From positions 2,112,001-2,176,000 of the forward strand of contig OZ252100.1 of the NCBI GenBank assembly GCA_965248435.1: DNA of 64,000 nucleotides, in the 5' to 3' direction. Below the pieces are notes generated by a model. That model made no database searches. It saw only the letters and a list, made by a program, of their open reading frames with translations, and was not told where the DNA came from. The DNA comes from Candidatus Latescibacterota bacterium (GTDB taxonomy: Bacteria; Latescibacterota; UBA2968; GCA-2709665). The translations under genes and the position numbers were made by a program. Shown here one piece after another: positions 1 through 13,580 of the stretch. The number at the start of each line of letters is the position of its first letter. The first letter of the stretch is position 1.

Positions 1-416
1 CCACCGCTGTAATCGGGGTACTCGTAGCTCTTCAGAACGTTGTCGACTGTATCGGGGCGTGTCCTTCGCTCAGACCTTGCCCGAGGAGGTTGAACTAATC
101 GCCTCTTCTTACACTTACTTGCCTTTTCAAGGGCCGCCCTCGCCTTCCCAAATACGACCCGGCCGATCGGCTCGTGTTCCCCTTTTATCTGAATGTCACC
201 ATTCTGGACCACGCCAATATGGAAGTCGTTGGTGAGCATATCGTGTAGGGCCTGCCATGAGAATGGCTTCCCCTTCCGGTTCCTGACGTCCATAATCTTG
301 AGATATCGCTCGAGCGCCCTTATCTGCCCGAGCTTCAAGAAAGCCCTGAATATCGTCTTCACCTGGGGGGCTTCTTCTGGATGGGGTTTCGATGAATTTC
401 TGAACGTTCCTTCCAT
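1..416 (-). pseudogene. Large serine recombinase DNA-binding ('Recombinase') domain fragment; runs off the window edge
   Basis: Minus-strand frame from ATG at 416 reads EEAPQVKTIFRAFLKLGQIRALERYL..RNRKGKPFSWQALHDMLTNDFHIGVV..KGEHEPI, matching the EEA.IV..IF/R...G..W....I..IL.N..YIG/G.HEPI pattern. An in-frame TAG lies directly upstream, so there is no catalytic resolvase domain. Not in the ORF track because it has no stop in the window. Confidence 0.55.
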
Positions 417-474
417 CTATCTGGTGGCCTCACTGAGCGCCCCCCTCTTGGCAAAAGGCTTCTCGGCTTACTGG

Positions 475-4255
<3,781 letters not shown>

Positions 4256-4274
4256 AAGAGGTCCCCTTACGGAA

Positions 4275-4302
4275 TTGACACCGGCCAAGGCGTGTGGGTT
4301 CA
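4275..4302 (-). promoter_or_regulatory. Putative ECF-type promoter TGAACC-N17-GTCAA upstream of the ECF gene
   Basis: The -35 contains AAC and the -10 contains GTC, which are typical ECF signatures. It lies ~20 nt upstream of the TTG start. Confidence 0.45.
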
Positions 4303-4371
4303 TATGAATGTGCAAGACAGTCAAAGAAATTCGAGTCCCATCTGCCCCGCGGTCACTTCAAGGTTCTGAAC

Positions 4372-4400
4372 TTGACTTTGCTCGGAGCTATCCTTACCAT
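4372..4400 (+). promoter_or_regulatory. sigma70 promoter TTGACT-N17-TACCAT for the ABC-F leader
   Basis: Near-consensus hexamers with 17-nt spacing. Confidence 0.6.
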
Positions 4401-4438
4401 TTACAACAAGAGCAAGTTCTTTCCTACCTAGAAATCGA

Positions 4439-4652
4439 AAAGAGGTCTTGGGATGGGTATCAGGATTAATTGATTCCTGGAGGTTCTTAGACTCCCTGGA
4501 ATGGCTCTGTCGGAGGGCTCGGCAGATCCGGTCTTTGGGGGGTTGATCTCCTCCGGGAAGTTCGGCTAGTCAGACGGCCTTCTTACGTGCTGGGGAGATG
4601 GAACCTCTTTTAGATATAGCATCCAAGCCATCCTCACCTGGATGGCTTTTTT
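4439..4652 (+). promoter_or_regulatory. Ribosome-dependent attenuator: uORF MGIRIN (4453-4473) plus intrinsic terminator (4625-4652)
   Basis: AAGAGG SD then ATG GGT ATC AGG ATT AAT TGA. Hairpin AAGCCATCC/GGATGGCTT followed by a T-run. Anti-SD ACCTCTTTT near 4603. GGATGG at the uORF start can pair with the terminator 5' arm. Confidence 0.7.
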
Positions 4653-4720
4653 GATGTTTCAGAGGATAGACCACTGCATTGAGAAGGGAGCAGTGGTCTT
4701 TTCTTTTAGGAGATGGGCTT

Positions 4721-6283
4721 GTGCTTCAGGTAAACAATCTATCCTATTCGTTCGGGACACTCAAGCTTCTGGACTCCGTGTCTCTCGGCTTGAACGCGGG
4801 CCAGGTGATCGCAATTGTCGGACCAAACGGCTCTGGCAAATCGACCCTGCTCAAATGCATCGTTGGCGAAATAGCAGACTACGATGGAAATGTGGTCTTT
4901 CAACGAAATGTGGAGGTGTCATACCTTTCCCAGAAGCCTGACCAGAATTTCGACGAGAGCGCTTTTCAGCGGATTCTTTCGTTCTCTCCTGGGATCTTGA
5001 ATATCTATCGTGAAATGCAACAAGGAGACTACGGGAGCGTTCAAGATTACAGCGAAATGGGAGGATACGCGAAGGAGGAAATGGGAAGGCTCTATGCCGA
5101 GAATTTTCAACTGGTCGATATCCTGGAAGAACCTTATAACACCCTATCGTTGGGACAAAGGAGGAAGGTAGATATCGTTGGCGTCTTGGTATCAGATGCT
5201 GACTTAGTGCTTATGGACGAACCCATAAACTTCCTTGATATACGGGGCATCACAGCATTTGAAGAAACCTTGTTACTGAAAAAGGAGAATGGCAAGGCCT
5301 TCGTCATCATCAGCCACGATAGAGAGCTTATCGATAGCCTCGCCGACACTACAATCTTCTTAGAACGAGGGAAACTGTTCAAAGTCCACGGGGGCTATTC
5401 ATTGGCCCTCGAGCACAAAGAGAGAGAATTCCAGGCAAGGTTTGATAAGGCAAACGTTCTGCGGAATAAGATCCAGGCGCTCCAGGAGGATATGAGGAGA
5501 AAGATGGGATGGGGTATTCAACGTGAGAATGAGAGCATCGACTCCTCAAGCCGCAGACTCGCCCGAAAGATGATGAAACGTTCAAAGGCTGTTGAAGGGC
5601 GTATGCAGAAGAAGACCGAGGAGCTGGAACAAGAAAAGCCCTGGATCGAGAAGGAGGTCGCGCTGAGTTTTCCAGAGTACCCTATCGCTAATCGGTCGGT
5701 CGCGGCGTTAGAGAATGTTTCAAAATGTTATGGAGAAAATGTGGTGCTTACGAATTTGACGCTCTCTTTAAGAACCACGGACAGAGTATCGGTTATTGGC
5801 CCAAATGGATCAGGAAAGACCACCCTACTCCGCATTCTTGCTGGGGAAGTCACTCCGGACTCTGGCCTGCTTCGACCTAGCAGAAACAGAAATATCGGAT
5901 ATGTGCCTCAGGGCTTAGCAGGATTTTATGACCACAACATTTTCCTGAATAACTTCCAAATCTCGGGGGTAGACCAAAGCGTGATCAGACAGTTCCTTGG
6001 CGGGGCGAAGTTAAGCGGAGAGAAGGTACTCCAGTCGATTAAGACTCTGAGCTACGGAGAACTGATGCGGGGTGCAATCGTAAAAATGATTTTGGAGAAA
6101 GTAGAGTTCCTCCTTCTAGACGAGCCGACTGCCCATCTGGATATTGAGTCAGTAGAGGTGCTCGAGAAATTGCTAACAGCATTCGCCGGGGGGTTTGTTC
6201 TCGTGAGTCACGATAGACGGCTCATCTCCAATGTATCCGATGAGATCTATCAACTGAGTTCGGGTCGGCTGGAGAGGATGTAG
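4721..6283 (+). CDS. ABC-F family ATPase, probable ribosome-protection (ARE) type
   Basis: Two ABC domains (GPNGSGKS, LSLGQ, LMDEP; GPNGSGKT, LSYGE, LLDEPT) with a long helical linker and no TM segments. AGGAG SD before GTG 4721. Confidence 0.85.
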   Translation: MLQVNNLSYSFGTLKLLDSVSLGLNAGQVIAIVGPNGSGKSTLLKCIVGEIADYDGNVVFQRNVEVSYLSQKPDQNFDESAFQRILSFSPGILNIYREMQQGDYGSVQDYSEMGGYAKEEMGRLYAENFQLVDILEEPYNTLSLGQRRKVDIVGVLVSDADLVLMDEPINFLDIRGITAFEETLLLKKENGKAFVIISHDRELIDSLADTTIFLERGKLFKVHGGYSLALEHKEREFQARFDKANVLRNKIQALQEDMRRKMGWGIQRENESIDSSSRRLARKMMKRSKAVEGRMQKKTEELEQEKPWIEKEVALSFPEYPIANRSVAALENVSKCYGENVVLTNLTLSLRTTDRVSVIGPNGSGKTTLLRILAGEVTPDSGLLRPSRNRNIGYVPQGLAGFYDHNIFLNNFQISGVDQSVIRQFLGGAKLSGEKVLQSIKTLSYGELMRGAIVKMILEKVEFLLLDEPTAHLDIESVEVLEKLLTAFAGGFVLVSHDRRLISNVSDEIYQLSSGRLERM

Positions 6284-6371
6284 CGCCCGCGGATATTGGA
6301 TATATTGATATGACGCTGGCTTAGAGTCGTCCAGATGTGTGCTTTTTCGAAATACGAGATACGGATTCAGG

Positions 6372-7178
6372 CTATCTAATGCCGAGCACGTCACGCATAT
6401 CGTAAAACCCGGGCGCAGCCTTCGCCGCGAATCTGACTGCCCGAAGCGCGCCGACACCGAACGCATCGCGACTCTGTGCGCGATGCACCAGCTGGATCAC
6501 CTCGCCGATCCCTCCCATCGTCACGATGTGCTCCCCGACGATGTCCCCGGCGCGGATCGCGTGCACCCCGATCTCCTTCTGTGTCCGCGCGCCCGTATCT
6601 CCGTGACGTCCATACACGCCCACTTCGTCCAGGTTTCGGTCCAGCCCCGCGGCAGCCGCCTTTGCGAGTGCGAGTGCCGTCCCGCTCGGCGCGTCCGTCT
6701 TGAACCGGTGATGGGACTCCACAATCTCGACGTCATACTCTGCACCAAGAATTCGCGTTGCCTCCTCTACCAGCTGAGTAAGCAGCGTCACGCCCACCGT
6801 GAAGTTCGGGGCGAGCACACACGCGACATCCCGGACGGCCTCCTTGAGCGTCCCCAGCTGGGCCTCCGACAGGCCGGTCGTTCCTATGACCATTGCCTTA
6901 CCTGCTGCCCCGGTCACTTTCGCGGCCTCGACCGTGCCGTCCGGCGGCGCGGTGAAGGCCACAACGACGTCGGCCTGCCCCACCACCTGCTTTGGGTCTT
7001 CCACGACCTGGAAGCCGAGAGGCTTCGCGCCGATCACCTCGCCCGCATCACGTCCCACCGTCGGGTTTCCCGCCGCCTCGACGCCTCCCGAAACATCGAT
7101 ATCGTCAGACTCCAACGCAAGGTGTGCGATCCTGCCGCACATCCGCCCGGCGATTCCACAGATTGCGATCTTGATCAT
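6372..7178 (-). CDS. dapB: 4-hydroxy-tetrahydrodipicolinate reductase
   Basis: GIAGRM, VIGTTG, ESHHRFKTDAPSGTA, RAGDIVGEH motifs. Confidence 0.95.
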   Translation of the reverse strand: MIKIAICGIAGRMCGRIAHLALESDDIDVSGGVEAAGNPTVGRDAGEVIGAKPLGFQVVEDPKQVVGQADVVVAFTAPPDGTVEAAKVTGAAGKAMVIGTTGLSEAQLGTLKEAVRDVACVLAPNFTVGVTLLTQLVEEATRILGAEYDVEIVESHHRFKTDAPSGTALALAKAAAAGLDRNLDEVGVYGRHGDTGARTQKEIGVHAIRAGDIVGEHIVTMGGIGEVIQLVHRAQSRDAFGVGALRAVRFAAKAAPGFYDMRDVLGIR

Positions 7179-7206
7179 AGCGACACCTCATCGAATCAGT
7201 CGATCG

Positions 7207-8997
7207 CTAACCCTTCAACCTCTTCTCCAGCGCGTCGACTTCCGCTCTCATCTCGGCGGGCATCCGGTCACCAAACTTCGAGTAGAATTCACGGATTTCG
7301 GGCAGCTCGGGTAGCCAGTCCTCCGCCCGGACCCTCAAAAGCTCATCCAGGTATTCGTCGGGAAGGTCCAGACCATTTAGATCCAGCCCCTCCCGGCTCG
7401 GCAGCAACCCGATCGGAGTTTCCACAGCCTCGGCTTCGCCCTCGATCCGTTCGCAAATCCACTTGAGCACACGGCTGTTCTCGCCGAATCCGGGCCAGAG
7501 CCAGCTCCCCTCCGAGTCTTTGCGAAACCAGTTCACGAAGAAGATCTTTGGCGCGAGGTCTCCGAGCGTGTTCCCCATGTCCAGCCAGTGATGGAAGTAG
7601 TCACCCATATGGTAGCCGCAGAACGGAAGCATCGCGAAAGGATCCCGGCGGAGCTTTCCGACCGCTCCGGCCGCGGCGGCCGTCGTTTCGGAGCCCATCA
7701 CGGAGCCCATGAAGGCCCCGTGCGTCCAGTTGAACGCCTCGTAGACCAGAGGGACCACACTCGATCTCCGTCCGCCGAATAGGAACCCGGAGATCGGGAC
7801 CCCATCCGGGTTTTCCCAATCCGGGTCGATCACCGGACACTGGGCGGCAGGTGCTGTGTAGCGCGCGTTGGGATTGGATGCAGGCTCACCCAATCCTGTG
7901 TTCCACTCACGGGCCTTCCAGTCCACCAGACCGGAAGGGGGATCGGGCGTCATGTCTTCCCACCAGACATCTCCCTCAGGCGTTTGCGCCGTATTCGTAA
8001 AGATGCTGTTTTCACGCAGCGCGGCCATCGCGTTTCCGTTCGACGTATCGTTCGTTCCGGGAGCCACGCCGAAAAATCCATACTCCGGGTTGATGGCGTA
8101 GAGCCGGCCATCTGGCCCCAAACGCATCCACGCGATGTCATCGCCGACGCATCGCACCTCCCAGCCAGGAATCGTCGGTTGAAGCATGGCCAGATTTGTC
8201 TTTCCACACGCGGAGGGGAACGCGCCGCCCAGGTAATACTTCTTGCCCTCCGGCGACGTCAGACCAATAAGCAGCATGTGTTCCGCCATCCACCCCTCCC
8301 TGCGGGCCAGGCAGGAGGCAATCCGAAGCGCAAAACACTTCTTTCCCAGAAGCGCATTTCCCCCGTAGCCGGACCCGTAAGACCAGATCGAGGGATCCTC
8401 CGGAAAGTGAACGATGTATTTGTTATCTGCATCACACGGCCAGGCCGAGTCTTCTGCCCCGGGTTCGAGAGGGGAACCGACCGAGTGAAGGCAGGGAACG
8501 AACTCGCCTTCGCCAAGTGCCTCCAGCACCGGATCCCCGATTCGCGTCATAATCCGCATACTGCACACCACGTAGGCAGAGTCGGTAATCTCCACCCCGA
8601 CCTTCGAAATCGGCGACCCGATGGGTCCCATCGAGAAGGGGATGACGTACATCGTGCGGCCTCGCATCGCTCCCTCGAACAGACCGTGCAGCATCCGCTT
8701 CATCTCTTCAGGGTCGCGCCAGTTGTTCGTGGGACCGGCATCCTCCTCCTTGAGAGAACAGATAAACGTCCGGTCCTCCACACGTGCCACATCCCCAGGG
8801 TCGGACCGGCACAGAAAACTGTTTGGCCGCAGGTCTGAATTCAGACGAATAAACGTGCCCTTCTGACAGAGCTTCTCTGCAAGACGATCGTACTCTGCCT
8901 GCGAACCGTCGCACCAGTGAACCCCGGCGGGCTTGCAGAGTTGGGTCACTTCATCGACCCAGGCCTTCAATTTGGTATTCGCAGCCATCCATTCCAC
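7207..8997 (-). CDS. pckG: Phosphoenolpyruvate carboxykinase (GTP)
   Basis: [53 protein letters not shown] motifs. Confidence 0.96.
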   Translation of the reverse strand: MEWMAANTKLKAWVDEVTQLCKPAGVHWCDGSQAEYDRLAEKLCQKGTFIRLNSDLRPNSFLCRSDPGDVARVEDRTFICSLKEEDAGPTNNWRDPEEMKRMLHGLFEGAMRGRTMYVIPFSMGPIGSPISKVGVEITDSAYVVCSMRIMTRIGDPVLEALGEGEFVPCLHSVGSPLEPGAEDSAWPCDADNKYIVHFPEDPSIWSYGSGYGGNALLGKKCFALRIASCLARREGWMAEHMLLIGLTSPEGKKYYLGGAFPSACGKTNLAMLQPTIPGWEVRCVGDDIAWMRLGPDGRLYAINPEYGFFGVAPGTNDTSNGNAMAALRENSIFTNTAQTPEGDVWWEDMTPDPPSGLVDWKAREWNTGLGEPASNPNARYTAPAAQCPVIDPDWENPDGVPISGFLFGGRRSSVVPLVYEAFNWTHGAFMGSVMGSETTAAAAGAVGKLRRDPFAMLPFCGYHMGDYFHHWLDMGNTLGDLAPKIFFVNWFRKDSEGSWLWPGFGENSRVLKWICERIEGEAEAVETPIGLLPSREGLDLNGLDLPDEYLDELLRVRAEDWLPELPEIREFYSKFGDRMPAEMRAEVDALEKRLKG

Positions 8998-9003
8998 CCT
9001 TGA

Positions 9004-10035
9004 TTATGTGTAGGCCAGACCTTCAAGGACCGAACGGTCCCCCAGCCGATTGGCGATATCCACTTTAAAAAACCCCTCGATCGGGGCAAACACTTCAGGG
9101 CTATTCGACTGCACCGTTCGGGCAATGCCAAGCACCTTTTCCAGCCCCGCACGGTTCATCCTTCCGAGCGGCCGTCTACAGGGCCCGGCAGGCATCCCGA
9201 GCAGCATCATCAATGTCTTCACGGGAAGAGGATTCCGAGCCTTCACCTCTGTGTTTCCAAACGGCGTCTCCTCTTCCGAAAGCACGCCCACCATCCCGAA
9301 GAGCGGCTTGAGTGCACCTCCGAGTCGCTCCCCCTCTTGCCGGTTCCCCTCGAGAAGGGCCTGCGTGAACTTCTGAATCGGACCTGGAGTGACATTCGAC
9401 ATCACCGAGATCACGCCCGATGCCTTGATTCGATCGTCCGTCATCATGTCGAACGTCTTGTCGTCATCACCTGAGAGGATCGCGAACGCCTCCCCGCAGC
9501 ACTCCCGCGTACGGGCCATGTTCTCCAGGTCTCCCGTCGCCTCCTTGACAGTCGCGACGTTCGGATACGATCGGTTGAGCAGGGCAAGGTCCTCCGGAAG
9601 GAGCTTCGTTCCCGTCCGGCCCGGAATCACGTAGGGGATCATCTGGATCTCTGGGAACGCCTTTGCCACCGGCGCGACGTACTCTTTCCGGATCTCGAGC
9701 GAGCTCGGTCCGTTGTAGTAGGGGTCCACAAGCAGCGCCGTGTCCGCTCCGACGTGCGCGGCGTGCTCCGTTGCCTTCAGGGTCTCCTCCGTCGAATTGC
9801 TCCCCGTACCTGCGATCGCCCTCCCGTGTCCTTTGACGAGCTCGCAGACACGTTCGACCACCTGGTTGTGCTCTTCCCAATTCAGCGTCGGGCTCTCCCC
9901 GGTCGTACCGACTGCCAGGACCCCGCTTACGCCCTCCGAAACCTGAAATTCCACGAGCTTCTCGAGGCCCTTTTCGTCGACGCCCTTGCCAGGGGTAAAC
10001 GGCGTGATCAACGCGGTGTAACATCCACTGAACAT
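9004..10035 (-). CDS. dapA: 4-hydroxy-tetrahydrodipicolinate synthase
   Basis: TALITPF, GTTGESPTL, PYYN, Y.IPGRTG, VKEATG motifs. AGGAGG SD. Confidence 0.93.
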   Translation of the reverse strand: MFSGCYTALITPFTPGKGVDEKGLEKLVEFQVSEGVSGVLAVGTTGESPTLNWEEHNQVVERVCELVKGHGRAIAGTGSNSTEETLKATEHAAHVGADTALLVDPYYNGPSSLEIRKEYVAPVAKAFPEIQMIPYVIPGRTGTKLLPEDLALLNRSYPNVATVKEATGDLENMARTRECCGEAFAILSGDDDKTFDMMTDDRIKASGVISVMSNVTPGPIQKFTQALLEGNRQEGERLGGALKPLFGMVGVLSEEETPFGNTEVKARNPLPVKTLMMLLGMPAGPCRRPLGRMNRAGLEKVLGIARTVQSNSPEVFAPIEGFFKVDIANRLGDRSVLEGLAYT

Positions 10036-10069
10036 GCTACAACCTCCTCAAAAATATCATATCTCGTCA

Positions 10070-10190
10070 AGCGTATCTCGTCCGATGTATCCCGTCTTTC
10101 AAAAAGACGATCACGAGAATATGACACGAATTCTTCGGAACTAGGAACTGGCGAGGTGACGAGCCCGCGAGATACGATACGAGATACGCT
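10070..10190. mobile_element. ~120-bp MITE-like element, copy 1
   Basis: Perfect 11-bp terminal inverted repeat AGCGTATCTCG/CGAGATACGCT. A homologous copy lies at 17945-18061. Confidence 0.6.
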
Positions 10191-10212
10191 TTTCCCGTGA
10201 CTAGCTCGGTGA

Positions 10213-10245
10213 ATAAAAAAAAGCCTGCAGCCAGAAGGCAGAGGC
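10213..10245 (-). terminator. Expression-platform terminator of the lysine riboswitch
   Basis: GC hairpin followed by T8 on the minus strand, just 3' of the aptamer. Confidence 0.65.
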
Positions 10246-10282
10246 ATCGCCGGCATCGGGTCCAGACACCTGGACCGAAAGA

Positions 10283-10463
10283 TGCAAGAGAGCGCTCCAC
10301 AGGTCATCCCCGTGACAGTCCAGTAGATCTTATCCCCTGGACCAGCCTTTCACCGCGGCGGAACGGATGAACGACTTCGGCAACCCTCCCCTTTCGCACG
10401 ACAGGCCCGCATCCGCCTACTTCCCGCCGTCTACTCTTGGTGGGCTGCGCCTCTACCCTTGCT
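10283..10463 (-). ncRNA. Lysine riboswitch (L-box)
   Basis: Minus strand reads GGTAGAGGCGC..AAGAGTA..GAAAGGGGA..TGCCGAAG..GCTGG..ACTGTCAC..GTGGAGCGCT. It lies upstream of dapA, with TTGACA-N18-TAACTT at 10502-10473. Confidence 0.9.
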
Positions 10464-10529
10464 GCGGTTTGGAAGTTACACAAACGCCGGTTACAATGTC
10501 AAGCTGAAAAGCTTCCAGCGGATCGGTTT

Positions 10530-10915
10530 TGCGGTACCCGTGTTCTGCTTTCCCCCCGGGCGACCCGTGCGTCGCCCCTACACCGCCGATCTCCTATGAT
10601 ACCCGGTACCCGTGTTCTGCATTCCCCGTACCCGGTTCTCCTCTGCGCCCTCTGCGTCTCCGCGTGAGGTATTGAGTTTCGAACGACGGAAAAATCCCTC
10701 CCCACCCCAATCCGGCCATCATGAATGCGCGAATTGTATCCGGTAGGAGCCAGCTCCTGCTGGCGAAAAGAGAATCGCGGTCTGCGGTCGCTAAACCGAT
10801 CGCCGCAGACCCAACCCAACTCATCATTCGTGGAGGTTATGGGGTTTCATGCTTTTCGTGGACTTTCGTGTTTCTTTCGTGATCCAGCCTTCCGCAATCC
10901 AAAATCCGCAATTGG
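10530..10915. repeat. Intergenic cluster of short repeats (GGTACCCGTGTT units, GTAG-type REP at 10557-10581, 9-mer CTCTGCGyc, AATCCGC heptamers)
   Basis: Motifs recur at 12680-13095, 21183-21310, 24466-24490, 33505-33746 and 35505-35540. Confidence 0.6.
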
Positions 10916-10925
10916 TGCGCTTGAT

Positions 10926-11615
10926 CTATTCCAGGATCGCCTCACTTACTCGCCCAGTGTCGGACAGATCATCGAACAGATAGTCCGGTTCATGCACGGC
11001 CAGTTCCTCTCGCGAGAATTCCCCGGTTGCCACGGCTACGGTCTTCACATCCAGATGTCGCCCGCAGAGCACGTCGTTCGGCGTGTCCCCGACGATGACA
11101 ACATCCTTGCCCTCAAACGTGTGGCCAGACACGGACGCCGCGTTTTGAATCGCAACCCCTGGAAGCTCACTCCGATTCAGGGCCTGATCCCCGAACGCCC
11201 CGACCCGAAAGGGCCCGTCTAGCTCGACCCGCCCCAATTTGATCCAGGCAACTTCCTCGATGTTCCCCGTCAACAGGCCAAGCAGCGCTTCGGTCGCTTC
11301 CGACAGTCGGTTCACTAACTGCCGAACGCCCGGAAACACATCAGGCGCTCGGGCCCCTATCTCTTTCCGCATCCCCTCGGCGTAGCGATCCCACACATCC
11401 TGGAGCCGTTCAAGCGTCTCTTCTCGACTCACGCCCGACCGCTCCATCAGCTCAACCACAATCTGCGCGTCGGTCTTCCCGCTCATCGAATACCCGTCTC
11501 CTGCTTCCACATCCCGCTCGAAAACCGCACTCAACGCCGCCATCACGGATCGTGTCCCCGCGCCGAAGCTACTCAAAATCGTCCCATCAATGTCGAACAA
11601 AACGAGTTTCTTCAC
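10926..11615 (-). CDS. HAD-superfamily hydrolase (phosphoglycolate phosphatase-like)
   Basis: LFDIDGT, LTGN, VGDTPND motifs. Confidence 0.88.
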   Translation of the reverse strand: MKKLVLFDIDGTILSSFGAGTRSVMAALSAVFERDVEAGDGYSMSGKTDAQIVVELMERSGVSREETLERLQDVWDRYAEGMRKEIGARAPDVFPGVRQLVNRLSEATEALLGLLTGNIEEVAWIKLGRVELDGPFRVGAFGDQALNRSELPGVAIQNAASVSGHTFEGKDVVIVGDTPNDVLCGRHLDVKTVAVATGEFSREELAVHEPDYLFDDLSDTGRVSEAILE

Positions 11616-11617
11616 GC

Positions 11618-12589
11618 CTAGAGGCTCCCCAACTCTTCCAGGAGTTCGTCCTCGACACCGATCCCCTCCTGCATTCGCATCTCCCGCTCACGAAAGGCCC
11701 GTTCACCCGGGATCAGAATCTCTCCTACCCCTTCGGCCGGCCGCGCCCCTTTGATACGATCGATCAGTTCTTTTACCCCCGCTTGAAAGAGTTCCCTGCT
11801 CAAAAAAATCGACGAATTGATCGCCAGGACAAAGATGCCGTAGTTCTTTCCCGGTTCAGGCACAGGAGCAGCTCGGACGAGCACTCCGGAAAGAAGCTGG
11901 ATCATCAACGCCAACGCGTAACCTTTGTGTCCGCCCGAGGGAAGGATCCCCCCCTTCCGACCGGCTTCAGGGTCTGTCGTCAGGAGTCCATCCTCGTCGA
12001 GTACGGTCCCTTCGGGCAGCGGGTGCCCGTCTTTGATCGCCATCAGAATCTGCTCGTGCGTCACGCTGGCTGGAGAAAAATCGACCAGCACCTGCCCCTT
12101 TCCTGCTGGAAAGCAGGCGGACATCGGATTTGCGCCCAGCACCGGCTCAACCGAGCCCCAGGCTACGATACGAGGGCCGGAATCGCACATCGCCACACCC
12201 ACCATCCCGGCATCTGCGATCATTGAGGTGTAGTAGCCGAGCATCCCGCATTGACCCGTGTTGAATCCCCCGATGACCCCGACCCCCCGTGCCTGCGCCT
12301 TGCCGACAGCCGTACGCGTGCATCGATGCGCGACCAGGTACCCGAGGTTCTCCTGTCCGTCGATCAGTGCATAGGCACCTCCGTCCCGCGCCAGCCGCAT
12401 CGGTTTTCTACCCGAGCTCTTACACCGCTCCACAATCGCGGGCAGGCGAATCACCCCGTGGGCCGGGCGGCCGCGCAGTTCTGCCTCAACAAGAATGTCC
12501 GTAACGATGTGGGCATCCTCTTCACCCAGACCGCCTCGAATCAACACGCCCTGACAAAGGTCCTGCAGCTGTTTCACGTCTACGATCAT
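11618..12589 (-). CDS. Ldh_2 family (malate/L-lactate/sulfolactate-type) dehydrogenase
   Basis: HGVIRL, GANP, GGHKGYAL, IPGE motifs. Promoter TTGACC-N17-TATTAT at 12670-12642. Confidence 0.88.
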   Translation of the reverse strand: MIVDVKQLQDLCQGVLIRGGLGEEDAHIVTDILVEAELRGRPAHGVIRLPAIVERCKSSGRKPMRLARDGGAYALIDGQENLGYLVAHRCTRTAVGKAQARGVGVIGGFNTGQCGMLGYYTSMIADAGMVGVAMCDSGPRIVAWGSVEPVLGANPMSACFPAGKGQVLVDFSPASVTHEQILMAIKDGHPLPEGTVLDEDGLLTTDPEAGRKGGILPSGGHKGYALALMIQLLSGVLVRAAPVPEPGKNYGIFVLAINSSIFLSRELFQAGVKELIDRIKGARPAEGVGEILIPGERAFREREMRMQEGIGVEDELLEELGSL

Positions 12590-12679
12590 GGGTGTTCCCC
12601 ACTACTTTAGTGCAGCGATCTTACACCCCAACCCGGTGTCGATAATAGCAACCGGCTCCATCAGGGTCAAGACCTAAAA

Positions 12680-13095
12680 ACCCGTCGATCGTCGTTCGTG
12701 GATCGTAGACCCCTCCCTCGATCCCTCCCCTAAAGGGGAGGGAAGACCGAAGCGGTGCTTTTGGCTTTCGACCAAAAGAAATCACGCTCCCCCCTTCCAT
12801 TTAGGGAAGCGCTTGCCGAGGGAAGGGGCCGGGGGGCTTAGGTCGTTATTCGTTCTTTTTCAATCCGCGATCCCAAATCCGCAATCGACCAACGATCCAC
12901 GATTCACTATTCCCGGGATCTAGCCCGTGTTTTGATTTCCCGGTACCCGTGTTTTGATTTCCCGGTACCGTGTTTTGATTTCCCGGTACCCGTGTTTCGG
13001 TTTCCCGGTCTTCCGTGTCCTCCGCTTTTTTTCTTTTTATTTCCGTGATCCCGCCTTTCAATCCGCAATCCCAAATTCGCAATCCGCAAATCGAA
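12680..13095. repeat. Intergenic repeat cluster: CCCTCCCC/GGGGAGGG palindromes, three ~22-bp GGTACCCGTGTTTTGATTTCCC units, heptamers
   Basis: Direct inspection. Confidence 0.65.
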
Positions 13096-13192
13096 CGACC
13101 GCCTTCAGGCACTTGACTTCACCTCGACCCGTCTCCATATTTCACTCATATACAGCTGCTAGGCATAACCCAGTCAGCGAGGCGTTAAGCCC

Positions 13193-13576
13193 ATGCCCAA
13201 CCTTCCCCAGCGGCGTCAAAATTCGCCTCTTTCTAAGACAGAGAGGCAGGTGATCATCTCCAGTCTGAACGCTGTCCAGGGTCCAGCACGTTCATTCGTG
13301 TCGGAGCTCGCCCGAAAGGCGCTGGACGCCCGCGGCCGTCTTGATGACGATGTGTATGGGATCGTCAAGGTCACGCTGGAAGCCCTGGATGAGAACCGGG
13401 GTCTGCCTCCCCCTCTGATATTCGCCGTGACACATTACCAGACCGGAAAGGTCGAGCAGGTCGGATTTCTCCCCAAAGGGTCTAATCAGGTCCCCCGCGG
13501 GGGACGATTTGTCAGCAACGATCCACGATTCAAACCAAAATTGCAGGAAGGAACTCGGCGTCGGATCGAGGAGTAA
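13193..13576 (+). CDS. Hypothetical protein (127 aa)
   Basis: GAGG SD, promoter TTGACT-N17-CATATT at 13113-13141, and 4-nt spacing to the next gene. Confidence 0.6.
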   Translation: MPNLPQRRQNSPLSKTERQVIISSLNAVQGPARSFVSELARKALDARGRLDDDVYGIVKVTLEALDENRGLPPPLIFAVTHYQTGKVEQVGFLPKGSNQVPRGGRFVSNDPRFKPKLQEGTRRRIEE

Positions 13577-13580
13577 TCGA

